Origin: Eubacteriales bacterium
GTDB lineage: Bacteria > Bacillota > Clostridia > Oscillospirales > CAG-272
Assembly: GCA_051867895.1 (NCBI GenBank)
Contig: JBJDZH010000016.1
Span: 26,367-90,366, forward strand
DNA length: 64,000 nt
Direction: 5' to 3'
The translations under genes were made by a program, and so were the position numbers. Below are positions 55,204 through 63,909 of this stretch, one piece after another. The notes below the pieces were generated by a model. It had not been told where the DNA came from, searched no databases, and worked only from the letters and a program-made list of their open reading frames with translations. The first letter of the stretch is position 1. Each line of letters begins with the position of its first letter.

Positions 55204-55673
55204 TGCTTCGGCATGATCGCTGCGGGAACAGCGGTATTTTGGACGGGCAAAAAAATAAAGCCATCCGGCTGCTGTTTGATGCCGGGAACCAATTCCCCGG
55301 CGAAACATCGCCGATGACCATGATGCAGTAACAGAAACGCAGCAATACAGACGCAGGCTCAGATTGGGCACTTGAGAAAAAGAACCGTTTCTGTTTGCTG
55401 TCTTGACAAAATAAAAGCCACCCAGTTTCTCAGATCGTCGGGGGTACAATTCCCCCGTGTTATGAGCTTAAAGGATGGCTACGTGCATAGTATACGTGAA
55501 CCGCATTCAAATGTCAATGATCGATGAGGCGATGTAACAGAAACGCAACAATTCAAGCGGTGGTCACTTGAAAAAAGAAATCAATGCCTGGTACCAAGCC
55601 TGCGGCATCGATGTGCCTTTAGGCGGAACCCAACTCGGAGTAATCCGGAGCATTGATTTCAGGGATAGTATAT

Positions 55674-55810
55674 CACAGAACGAAGAAAAAAGCAACGATA
55701 CGGAACAAAATTCACTGAGAAAATGCTGAGATGGATAAGAGATTTGCGCTGCCTTTTCCGTTTGATAAAACGTAAGGTTCGGTGAGCCGAAGCAGTGATG
55801 AGGAATCTGG
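55674..55810. repeat. 137-bp direct repeat, copy 1
   Basis: 7 mismatches in 137 nt against 56507-56643 by hand alignment, with no indels. Confidence 0.85.
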
Positions 55811-55830
55811 AACAAGATTCTCTCCTGCAA

Positions 55831-55859
55831 TTGACAACAAAACTGAAGCGGGGTATAAT
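55831..55859 (+). promoter_or_regulatory. perfect-consensus sigma-A promoter
   Basis: TTGACA (55831-55836), a 17-nt spacer, TATAAT (55854-55859). Confidence 0.6.
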
Positions 55860-55890
55860 CATACTACAGATACAGAAGGAGGAGAACAAG

Positions 55891-56079
55891 ATGGCGCTCG
55901 ATTGGAACAAGAAGATACCATGCGAGGATATTTTGGATCGAACGATAGAGATGGTAGCTTTAAAGGATCTGACAAAGTGGGTTGGAAAACAACTGGAGAA
56001 AAAGAAAAAATACGAAGCGGATCAGGCTCAGCTGAAACAGTCCCATCTCCCGGACAAACAGCAGAACAGCGAAGAATAA
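55891..56079 (+). CDS. small charged hypothetical protein, 62 aa
   Basis: AAGGAGGAG RBS lies 6 nt upstream of the ATG, which sits 32 nt downstream of a consensus promoter. The protein is K/E/Q-rich, predicted helical, and has no TM segment. Confidence 0.4.
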   Translation: MALDWNKKIPCEDILDRTIEMVALKDLTKWVGKQLEKKKKYEADQAQLKQSHLPDKQQNSEE

Positions 56080-56100
56080 GAGCTGAAAACAAAAACGATT

Positions 56101-56406
56101 TTGGCGTTGGCACTTATTTCTTCAAAAATTGAACCAGCCGACGGTGCCCCGAATACGAATGTATCCTACGACACAATGCCAGACGCTGGTTCTATTTCTA
56201 CTATATCAGATTTGTTTGGACTTGTCAAGCAGTATGATATGATGTTTTCGCCAAAGCCTGTGAATCCCGTACTCCCGAACGATGACGGAACGACGAAGGT
56301 ATACCACGGAAGCAGAAGCGAGTTAACCGTGAGAAGCAGCGGGAAACGGAGAATGCCTGTAGCGAATACAAACAAAAAACGCTGTACATTGCGTCCGCTT
56401 TCATAG
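56101..56406 (+). pseudogene. possible N-terminal fragment of a large mobile-element (polyvalent/ART-like) protein
   Basis: ISDLFGLVKQYDMMFSPKPVNPVLPNDDGTTKVYHGS resembles the ...VVDENG.P.VVYHGT N-terminal module of large phage or ICE proteins. The homology then breaks off. Memory-based and weak. Confidence 0.3.
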
Positions 56407-56506
56407 GTACCGACAAATAAAAAAAGAACCCCACAGCCCGCCAATGCTAAAGCCCTGACGTAACGTCTGAAAACGCAACCGTGATAGTTCCCGGTAGCAA
56501 GAATAC

Positions 56507-56643
56507 CACAGAACGAAGAAAAAAGCAACAATACGGAACAAAATTCACTGAGAAAATGCTGGGACAGATAAGAAATTTGCGCTGCCTTTTCCGTTTGATA
56601 AAACGTAGGGTTCGGTGAGCCGAAGCGGTGATGAGGAATCTGG
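56507..56643. repeat. 137-bp direct repeat, copy 2
   Basis: See 55674-55810. Confidence 0.85.
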
Positions 56644-56952
56644 GAAATAAAAAAGACAGAGGTCTCGGAGCAAGGGAATACCGAAAACGGCGTTACCCAA
56701 AACTCTCGCTCTGTCAATATCAGTATACTCAATTTAATGCGGAATGTCAAGCCGCGGAAGATGATCTCACAAAAAGGAACCGGTCGCGCATTACCGCCTC
56801 GGACTCGCGGAAACTCCGCTATCCAATACCGATTCCCATATCAGCATAGCAGTCTTTCTTTCGATTGTCAAGCGGTACTTTGCGGATGTACTTCCGCAGG
56901 ATGTACTGCGGAAAGTGAACATGGGGCGTCCTGCGTCGCTTCCACAACAGGG

Positions 56953-56976
56953 AGAGCGGGGTGCTCTTTTTTTTTT
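56953..56976 (+). terminator. short hairpin + T9-10 terminator upstream of the MerR promoter
   Basis: agagc-ggggt-gctct followed by TTTTTTTTT. Confidence 0.5.
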
Positions 56977-56986
56977 GCAAAACCAC

Positions 56987-57017
56987 TTGACTCTCCACAC
57001 GGCTGGAATGATACAAT
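56987..57017 (+). promoter_or_regulatory. MerR-type promoter with a 19-bp spacer
   Basis: TTGACT (56987-56992), a 19-nt spacer, TACAAT (57012-57017). The spacer contains the small dyad tcca-N6-tgga. Confidence 0.55.
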
Positions 57018-57058
57018 CAGGATGCAGACGAAAGAAGCTGCGGAAAGGAGTAAACGGA

Positions 57059-58609
57059 ATGTACAAGATCGGCGAACTGTCCAGACTTTGCCGCCTGCCG
57101 GTAAAGACGCTCCGGTTCTATGACAGCGCGGGATTGCTTGTCCCCGACAGGATCGATCCTTTTACCGGCTACCGGTATTATTCTCCATCCCGCCTGCGGG
57201 ACTGCAACCGGATCCTTGCACTCAAGGAGCTTGGCTTCACGCTGGAGGAGATTCGGAGACACCTGCAGGCGGACAGTCAGGAGGATATTCTTCAGATGAT
57301 GGAGGAGAAAAGCAGGGAGCTGGATGCTTCCGCGCGGGCGCTGGAGGAAAAGCGAAGGAAGCTCGCCGGCATCCGGAAAACGATGATGGAGGAAGGAAAA
57401 AACATGCCGGATATGGTGATTCGTCAGGGAGATACGATTCGGACTGCGGCGGTGCGCCGCATCTATGCAAGCCGAGCGGAGGCGGAGCGTCAGGCGGCGG
57501 AGCTTCGCGCGTCGCTTCCGTCGGGTATTACGGGTGCCCGCACGGTGATTATCAACTATGAAACCGAATACCGGGAAAAGGACTTTGATCTTGCCGTCTG
57601 CGTGGAGCTCACGGGAGTGCTTCCGCGCGGCAAGGGCTTTACGGAGAAAACGATTGCCCTGCCGGGGGATGTCGCCGTGCTCGTATGCGAGAAAGCAGAA
57701 CTGGACGAAGCGTATCGTTCTATGACGCGGCAGCTGCATGATGCGGCATGTCAGATCACCGGCGCCGTCTGTGAGGTGTATTACGACGACGGAACGGTGG
57801 AACTGAAGGCGCCGGTGCTTCGGCGGGACAGTCAGCCGGCGGAAATCCCCGAAGAGATCCGCGCGCCGTTTGTGGACGATCCGGACGCGGTCGGGAAGTG
57901 GAGGATTCTGGACATTGTGCCGAGTGAGGAGCAGTTCTGCTACGGGCATCCGAAGCACAGCCCCGACTGGTGGCTGAAGGAGCTGTATTTCCTCGACGGC
58001 GGCGCGCCGTACTGGTCCGTTGCCGGCTGGACGAAGAACTGCCTGTATATCCATGCAGAATCCCCCGGGCTCGCCTACCGGTGTGCATACAGGATCGAAG
58101 TGCAGGACGGACACACGTTGCTCTTTCTGCAAATGCGCGGGTGGCTCGACGGCGGACGCGGCGCGGGCGCACCGTATATCTGGGTGTATGAAAAAGTGAA
58201 CAGCAGACGCTGCCATGCGGCGGATATCCGGCTGACGGACAAAACGGACTATCCGTTCTATAGCGACAGCGAGGTTCTCGGGCGCTGGCGTGTCCTGGAC
58301 TTCTATAATACGCCCGAGCGTGTCGAAATGTTTGACCCGCAGAAGCAGAATCGGAACCCGGAGAATCTGTTTCTGCAGGCGCTGGATTTCCGTGCGGACG
58401 GGAAGCTGATCCAGATCTCGAGGGAGCACACCGCACAGCTGTCGTGGACGAAGGGACTGATTCTGAATAAGAACAGCGCGACCGCCTGCGGCTACGAGAT
58501 CAGACGGGTCCACGGCAAAGAGTATCTGATCCGCGAATGGAAAAGCGGGGATTATGCGTTCGGCGGCGGCAGGATCTGCTGGTATGTGTTTGTCCGGGAC
58601 GAACCGTGA
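57059..58609 (+). CDS. MerR-family regulator with a GyrI-like effector domain and two extra C-terminal repeat domains (516 aa)
   Basis: HTH MYKIGELSRLCRLPVKTLRFYDSAGLL with a coiled-coil linker, then a GyrI-like segment. Two ~110-aa repeats follow, each opening G(K/R)WR(I/V)LD. Confidence 0.85.
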   Translation: MYKIGELSRLCRLPVKTLRFYDSAGLLVPDRIDPFTGYRYYSPSRLRDCNRILALKELGFTLEEIRRHLQADSQEDILQMMEEKSRELDASARALEEKRRKLAGIRKTMMEEGKNMPDMVIRQGDTIRTAAVRRIYASRAEAERQAAELRASLPSGITGARTVIINYETEYREKDFDLAVCVELTGVLPRGKGFTEKTIALPGDVAVLVCEKAELDEAYRSMTRQLHDAACQITGAVCEVYYDDGTVELKAPVLRRDSQPAEIPEEIRAPFVDDPDAVGKWRILDIVPSEEQFCYGHPKHSPDWWLKELYFLDGGAPYWSVAGWTKNCLYIHAESPGLAYRCAYRIEVQDGHTLLFLQMRGWLDGGRGAGAPYIWVYEKVNSRRCHAADIRLTDKTDYPFYSDSEVLGRWRVLDFYNTPERVEMFDPQKQNRNPENLFLQALDFRADGKLIQISREHTAQLSWTKGLILNKNSATACGYEIRRVHGKEYLIREWKSGDYAFGGGRICWYVFVRDEP

Positions 58610-58682
58610 ACGAAAAAGCCCGCGGACTTCTCTGTGAGTCCGCGGGCTTTCCATGCCTGCGTGTACGTGGATTCCAACGCCA

Positions 58683-59294
58683 TTACCGGCGGCCGCAGGG
58701 GCGGTCGAACGCCGGATTGCAGGCGTAGAAGTTTTTCTCATCCATTTTGTCCTGCACAACGCGCAGCGCATCGCCGAAACGCTGGTAGTGTACCAGTTCA
58801 CGCTCGCGCAGATAGCGGATCGGATCGCAGACATCCGGATCGTCGATCAGACGGAGCAGATTGTCGTACGATACACGCGCCTTCTGTTCAGCCGCCAGGT
58901 CTTCATTCAGATCGGCGAATACGTCTCCCTTTACGCCGATGTATTTCATATCGAACGGTACGCCGGACGCAGCGATCGGGTAAACGCCCGTTGTATGATC
59001 CACAAAGTACGTGTCAAAGCCGGAACTTTTGATTTCTTCCATCGTCAGATTCCGGGTGAGCTGATGCACGATCGTCGAGATCATCTCGACATGCGCCAGC
59101 TCCTCGGTGCCGACGTCGGTCAGAATGCCGGCAACCTCGCGGTACGGCATCGAATAGCGCTGTGACAAATAGCGGTTAGCGGCGCCGAGTTCTCCGTCCG
59201 GACCGCCAAGTTGGGTCACGATCACTTTTGCCAGCGCGGCGTTCGGATTCTTGATTTTGATCGGATATTGCAGCTTTTTCTCGTATACCCACAT
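58683..59294 (-). CDS. cotJC: manganese catalase-family spore coat protein CotJC
   Basis: MWVYEKKLQYPIKI...GELGAANRYLSQRY...EELAHVEM motifs. Confidence 0.9.
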   Translation of the reverse strand: MWVYEKKLQYPIKIKNPNAALAKVIVTQLGGPDGELGAANRYLSQRYSMPYREVAGILTDVGTEELAHVEMISTIVHQLTRNLTMEEIKSSGFDTYFVDHTTGVYPIAASGVPFDMKYIGVKGDVFADLNEDLAAEQKARVSYDNLLRLIDDPDVCDPIRYLRERELVHYQRFGDALRVVQDKMDEKNFYACNPAFDRPCGRR

Positions 59295-59330
59295 GATTTT
59301 CCCTAACCTCCCGGTCGTTTTTATCGTTGC

Positions 59331-59585
59331 TTACGGTTCGTATTCCCATGGCCAGGGCTCTTTGACCCAGTTCCAGCCATTTGCTGTATTCACCGCGTCT
59401 GCCGTAATCGGTCCGTAGTTCTCTTCATAGGTGCGGATCGCTTCCCGAAGACGCGCGCGGTACTTGTCGTAATAGGCGAGAGCCGCCGCGTCGTCTGTAT
59501 GCGTGTCCAGATACAGGATCGCTTCATTGACGGCGAAGGCGTAGATCTGAATCTGCCGCAGAAGGCGGTTCTTGGAATTCGTCAT
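59331..59585 (-). CDS. cotJB: spore coat protein CotJB
   Basis: LLRQIQIYAFAVNEAILYLDTH..D..AL.YY... WPWEYE C-terminus. Start chosen at MTNSK. Confidence 0.85.
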   Translation of the reverse strand: MTNSKNRLLRQIQIYAFAVNEAILYLDTHTDDAAALAYYDKYRARLREAIRTYEENYGPITADAVNTANGWNWVKEPWPWEYEP

Positions 59586-59590
59586 ATTCT

Positions 59591-59965
59591 TCACCGCCTT
59601 TCCGGGCAGCATCCCGGCAGGAATGGCTTATCAAGCTGCGAGAAAATGGTTCCGCGCGAGAAGCCTTCTTCTGCTTCATACAGTTCCGTAAACTCCTGGC
59701 AGGGCGAGTATACCATGGCGAGCGAATAACCGGAAAGCGGCGTGGATGCGCACTGTCCGCAGGAATCCGGCTGGGAGACGGAAGGCGCGTTCTGCCGCGC
59801 ACGGCGCACCGCATGATGGTACGGGCGCGCTGCGCTCTGGCGCACAGGCGGCTGCTGCGGTGCGATTCCGCCGCCGTCCTCGCGGAGCAGCTGTTCGAGC
59901 AGCTCCGGATTTACCCGTTCCCGGGGCGTATACTGATCGTTTTTCCTATTCATATCTGCATTCAC
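59591..59965 (-). CDS. cotJA: spore coat-associated protein CotJA (start uncertain: GTG at 59965 or ATG at 59953)
   Basis: The LAMVYSPCQEFTELYEAEEGFSRGTIFSQLDKPF motif matches the CotJA core. Confidence 0.75.
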   Translation of the reverse strand: MNADMNRKNDQYTPRERVNPELLEQLLREDGGGIAPQQPPVRQSAARPYHHAVRRARQNAPSVSQPDSCGQCASTPLSGYSLAMVYSPCQEFTELYEAEEGFSRGTIFSQLDKPFLPGCCPERR

Positions 59966-60228
59966 CTGCTGACGCAGGCATCTCCTCCCTCGTTTTCACC
60001 GGATGCGATCCGGTACGGCATCGGTCTGTTTTCGACCTCAATGCAGTATATGCGACGAAATGCGTGCGGATACAATTTCGTCGTGCCTCATTTCTCTGCC
60101 TTGCAAAAGGAGAAGCGGTATGTTATAATAAGTCAACGTTCCCGGCATGTATGGTGCGGAGGCGCGGCTTTCCGTTTGGTGCCGCCTCCGTATGCCGCTG
60201 CCCGTGCCGGCAGGATTGGGAGGTACTT

Positions 60229-60678
60229 ATGAAAAACGTGCGCGCTGTGCTGCTTCTTTGCGCCGTCATGCTGCTGACCGCGTGCGATGTGTCTCTCCGC
60301 ACGCATATGCTCGATGAGAATCTGCCCGCGGCGCTGGATCCGCGGACGCTTTTGCCGGTCGTCGAGTCCGTCACAGTGACGCGTGCGTCTGACGGCGCAT
60401 TCGTTACAGTGAGCGGAACGGACGTCGAGCAGCTTCTGATGTGCTTTGAGAACATTCCATGCACCCGAAAGAAATATGATCAAGAGAACGTTCAGATAGC
60501 GGCTTTCTATACGATCGAGTTTCACATGTCCGATCCGGACAACAGCCGGCCTCCGATGGAGATTGTGGCGGAGGAGAACGGCGTCCGTGCGTCATGCTTT
60601 TATATCGGCGAATACCGCTATAAGCCGACGATACCGGCGGATCTTCATTATATGGCAGGGCTGTTTTCACAGGAGTAA
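60229..60678 (+). CDS. hypothetical lipoprotein (149 aa)
   Basis: Signal peptide with lipobox LLTAC and a GGGAGG RBS. Confidence 0.55.
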   Translation: MKNVRAVLLLCAVMLLTACDVSLRTHMLDENLPAALDPRTLLPVVESVTVTRASDGAFVTVSGTDVEQLLMCFENIPCTRKKYDQENVQIAAFYTIEFHMSDPDNSRPPMEIVAEENGVRASCFYIGEYRYKPTIPADLHYMAGLFSQE

Positions 60679-60803
60679 GCGTTCTGTGGGGCAGATTTGC
60701 TTGCGCGGACGGAAGGAGCGCGCTGCGTGCGCCTGACTTCATCCGGCAGCGCATGCGCCGTTTTGGCGTGGAGGCTTCCGGGCTTTGGACATCCCGAGAC
60801 GAC

Positions 60804-60847
60804 AAGAACGCTCCTCCTGCATTTTTCAAGGCAGGAGGAGCGTTCTT
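60804..60847. terminator. bidirectional terminator
   Basis: Perfect 17-bp arms aagaacgctcctcctgc/gcaggaggagcgttctt. Confidence 0.7.
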
Positions 60848-60869
60848 ATACGCTTTATGCGGCGCTGGA

Positions 60870-61580
60870 TCAGAACGGTGCCGCCTCGTCGTTTGTCTGA
60901 TTTCCGTCGCCGCTGACGGGGATCGTGTCTCCCAGATAGGTCGGGAGCGGCTGCCGGATACACCAGACGAAATCCTTGACGCGGGCGGCCGCTTCGCGCG
61001 CGTTCCGCATGGATTGCCCGCTGTAGGTGCGTCTGTCCGCGCATACGCCCCATGCGTCGATCCCAAGTGACTGCGCAATGTACAGCGCCCGGTAGAGGTG
61101 GTATTCCTGCGTCACGATCACGATCCGTTCGGCGCAGAATACATCACGCGCACGGTACAGGCTCTCGTAGGTGGAAAAACCGGCGTGATCCATGAATATG
61201 TCGGAGGCGGGGACGCCTTCGCGGATGGCGTAGGCTTTCATGGTGCCGACCTCATTGTAGTCGATCCGTCCGTGATCGCCGCTCATGAGCAGCTTCGGCG
61301 CAGCGCCGGACTGATAGAGGGAGAGGGCGGTGAGCAGGCGGTCCTCCAGCATATGGCTGGGAGAACCGTCTGTGCGCACGCCTGCGCCCAGCACTAGAAT
61401 GCAGTCGGCGTTCAGTGCCGCCGCGTCTTCGGGAGAAAGGATCCGCCCGGCGGATGCGGCGCGCACATAGGCGTTGACGGCAAGGCACGCGGCGCCCGCG
61501 AGACAGACAAAAAGCAGAAAAAGAGCGAGCAGCCGTATGGCGTGCCGCCGTCCGGCTGACGGAGCAGAAGCAGATCTCAT
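60870..61580 (-). CDS. SanA/YdcF (DUF218) family membrane-anchored protein
   Basis: An N-terminal TM helix, then DCILVLGAGV...PKLLMSGDHG...Y.EV..M motifs. Confidence 0.8.
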   Translation of the reverse strand: MRSASAPSAGRRHAIRLLALFLLFVCLAGAACLAVNAYVRAASAGRILSPEDAAALNADCILVLGAGVRTDGSPSHMLEDRLLTALSLYQSGAAPKLLMSGDHGRIDYNEVGTMKAYAIREGVPASDIFMDHAGFSTYESLYRARDVFCAERIVIVTQEYHLYRALYIAQSLGIDAWGVCADRRTYSGQSMRNAREAAARVKDFVWCIRQPLPTYLGDTIPVSGDGNQTNDEAAPF

Positions 61581-61647
61581 AGGTTCCTCCGGTGTGTCCC
61601 GCGGCGGGACTTTTTTTGTTGGACGAGCCGAAGCCGGAAATGTTCCC

Positions 61648-62772
61648 TCAGCGGCTTTGGCGCACGTCGATCAGAACGATCTCGCCGCGGCTGCCGAGCC
61701 GTACGGGCGGGGTCGCCGGACCGGAGCCGGAATTGACAATGGTGCAGAGATTCCCGTTTTCCCGGCTGCCGGCAAAGTGCGGAAAGCGCAGCCGGATGAA
61801 CAGATTGGCAGGGAAAAACTGACCGCCGTGCGTATGACCGCAGAGCAAAAGATCCGCGCCTGCCTCTCCGATGGCGGATGCGTCGCTCGGCTGATGATCG
61901 AGGACGATGTTGAATTCACTGTCCGACGCGCGCATGGGGAAGGAGGAGGCAGCGGGGCGCGCGCGGTTTTTCACTCCCTGCGGCGCGGCGTCGGAGCGGC
62001 CGATCAGGCGGATGTTGTCCGCGGGACGCTCTGTTTCGTCTACCAGAAGCCGGATATGTGCCGCGTCAAAGAAGCGAAGCATTTTTCCGTAGTCCCGCCC
62101 GGCGTCGTGGTTGCCGAGACAGGCGTATACGCCGCAGCGCGCCGTCAGCGAGGCAAGGATCTGCGCCATGCCGGCGAAATCACGGACGGTGCGCACGCTC
62201 TCCGTGAACGTGTCGCCGGTGATGCAGACCAGATCCGGAGACAGCTCGTTGACGCGCTGCACCAGATCGGAAAGCACCGCCTTGTTGTTGATGAAGCCGA
62301 GATGCAGATCGCTCAGATGCACGATGCGCAGCGCGCCGTCCGGCAGCGCCTTATTTGTTGTCAGCCGGTAATGCGTCAGACGAACGCGGCGCGCGTTGCG
62401 GCAGCCCGCCGCGCTGACGGCAAGCGCGGCGGCAAACGCGAGAAGCGTCACAATCCCCGCCTCCCTGCTGCGATGGGTGCATAGAAGCAGCAGCGCGCCC
62501 GGCACGGCGGCAAAGAGCAAAATCGGCTGTGCGGCATAGAAATAGGTGGAAAGAACGCCGAGTGCCTGCCCGATCCGGGTGCGCGGACGGACCCATGCGG
62601 CGCACAGAAGCAAAAAGAACGCCGCCCAGGAGAGCCACCACGGCAGTGCATGGATCGGGGCAACGGCTGCCGCAAGCGCAAAGTACATGACGAGCAAATT
62701 GACCGCCCCGGCGATCGGATAGGAGACGGCAGAGAGAAAACGTCCGGAATTCCGGCGGATGGCATGATTCAT
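61648..62772 (-). CDS. membrane-bound metallophosphoesterase (YkuE-like); the track ORF is over-extended
   Basis: N-terminal TM helices, then LRIVHLSDLHLG...ITGD...GNHD...GHTHGGQ calcineurin-like motifs. Start MNHAIRR at 62770-62772. Confidence 0.8.
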   Translation of the reverse strand: MNHAIRRNSGRFLSAVSYPIAGAVNLLVMYFALAAAVAPIHALPWWLSWAAFFLLLCAAWVRPRTRIGQALGVLSTYFYAAQPILLFAAVPGALLLLCTHRSREAGIVTLLAFAAALAVSAAGCRNARRVRLTHYRLTTNKALPDGALRIVHLSDLHLGFINNKAVLSDLVQRVNELSPDLVCITGDTFTESVRTVRDFAGMAQILASLTARCGVYACLGNHDAGRDYGKMLRFFDAAHIRLLVDETERPADNIRLIGRSDAAPQGVKNRARPAASSFPMRASDSEFNIVLDHQPSDASAIGEAGADLLLCGHTHGGQFFPANLFIRLRFPHFAGSRENGNLCTIVNSGSGPATPPVRLGSRGEIVLIDVRQSR

Positions 62773-62895
62773 GGATACGATACTTCCTTGCCTGATGGAT
62801 CGGTTGTTTCCATATCGGAGTGGGGGAGCGCCGTCCTTGACAAACCGCGCCTCCTTCGGTATAATACATGCATAAGTTGTGCAGGAGGAGACAAC

Positions 62896-63909
62896 ATGGA
62901 GAACAGAAACTGGTTCAGAACGGCGGGCTACGGCATGATGGTCCATTTCGGACTCTACTCCATGCTCGGCGGGGAATGGCGCGGCAGCCGTGTGCGTACC
63001 TATGCGGAGTGGATCCAGTCTGCATGCGCGATCCCGAACGTGGAGTATGAGGCATTGGCGCACGCATTCCAGCCGCTGTATTTTGACGCGGACGAATGGA
63101 TACGGCTGGCAAAGGACGCCGGCATGAAGTATTTCGTCATCACATCCAAGCATCACGACGGATTCGCGCTGTTCCGCTCGCGGGCGGATGCGTTCAATGT
63201 TGTGGATGCGACGCCCTTCCGGCGCGATATCATTGAGGAGCTTGCCAACGCCTGTGCGCGGCACGGGCTGCGCTTCGGACTGTATTATTCGCAGGAGCTG
63301 GACTGGCATCACCCGCACGGCGGCGGATATACCAACCATACGCCCTGTGCCGGCGTTTCGTGGGACAATACGTGGGACTATCCCGAGCAGGAGAAAAAGG
63401 ATTTTTCAATCTGCTTTGAGGAGAAGATCAAGCCGCAGCTTCAGGAGATTCTGACGCAGTACGGCGAGCTGTGCCTGATCTGGTTTGACGTGCCGCATAC
63501 GATCACGCCCGCGCAGAGCCTTGAGCTGAACGCGCTGGTCAAACGGTATCAGCCGGACTGCCTGATAAACTCCCGCATCGGCAACGGCGCATACGATTAC
63601 GTTTCGCTCGGAGACAATGAGATTCCCGGAAAGCCACCGGAGAACGACGCGCCGTCCGGCGATCCGAATGCGCTTGACGGCTACAAGTATTCCCCCTACG
63701 GGCTGTATGAAACGGCGGGAACCATGAACAGCTCGTGGGGCTTCAAGTATTACGACCAGAACTGGAAAAGCGCCGATACGATCCGCCGCCAGCGGGAGAA
63801 GCTGAACGGAATGGGCATCAACTATCTGCTCAATGTCGGACCGGACGGTCTCGGACGGATCCCGTCGTTCTCGCAGGAGATCCTCCGGCAGGCAGCGCCG
63901 CAGGCATGA
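62896..63909 (+). CDS. alpha-L-fucosidase (GH29)
   Basis: GMMVHFGLYS...YFVITSKHHDGFALF...FGLYYS motifs with an AGGAGGAG RBS. No signal peptide is evident. Confidence 0.85.
   Translation: MENRNWFRTAGYGMMVHFGLYSMLGGEWRGSRVRTYAEWIQSACAIPNVEYEALAHAFQPLYFDADEWIRLAKDAGMKYFVITSKHHDGFALFRSRADAFNVVDATPFRRDIIEELANACARHGLRFGLYYSQELDWHHPHGGGYTNHTPCAGVSWDNTWDYPEQEKKDFSICFEEKIKPQLQEILTQYGELCLIWFDVPHTITPAQSLELNALVKRYQPDCLINSRIGNGAYDYVSLGDNEIPGKPPENDAPSGDPNALDGYKYSPYGLYETAGTMNSSWGFKYYDQNWKSADTIRRQREKLNGMGINYLLNVGPDGLGRIPSFSQEILRQAAPQA

Noticed and set aside
55200-57000. A CRISPR array, as a possible explanation for the repeated elements.
   Set aside because: The repeats are 137 bp (or degenerate ~55 bp) long, irregularly spaced at 140-830 bp and non-palindromic. 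No cas genes are in the window.
57017-58834. A 605-aa minus-strand ORF.
   Set aside because: It is antisense to the MerR/GyrI regulator, whose HTH and promoter are clear on the plus strand. It also reads through the intergenic region into cotJC. Shadow ORF.
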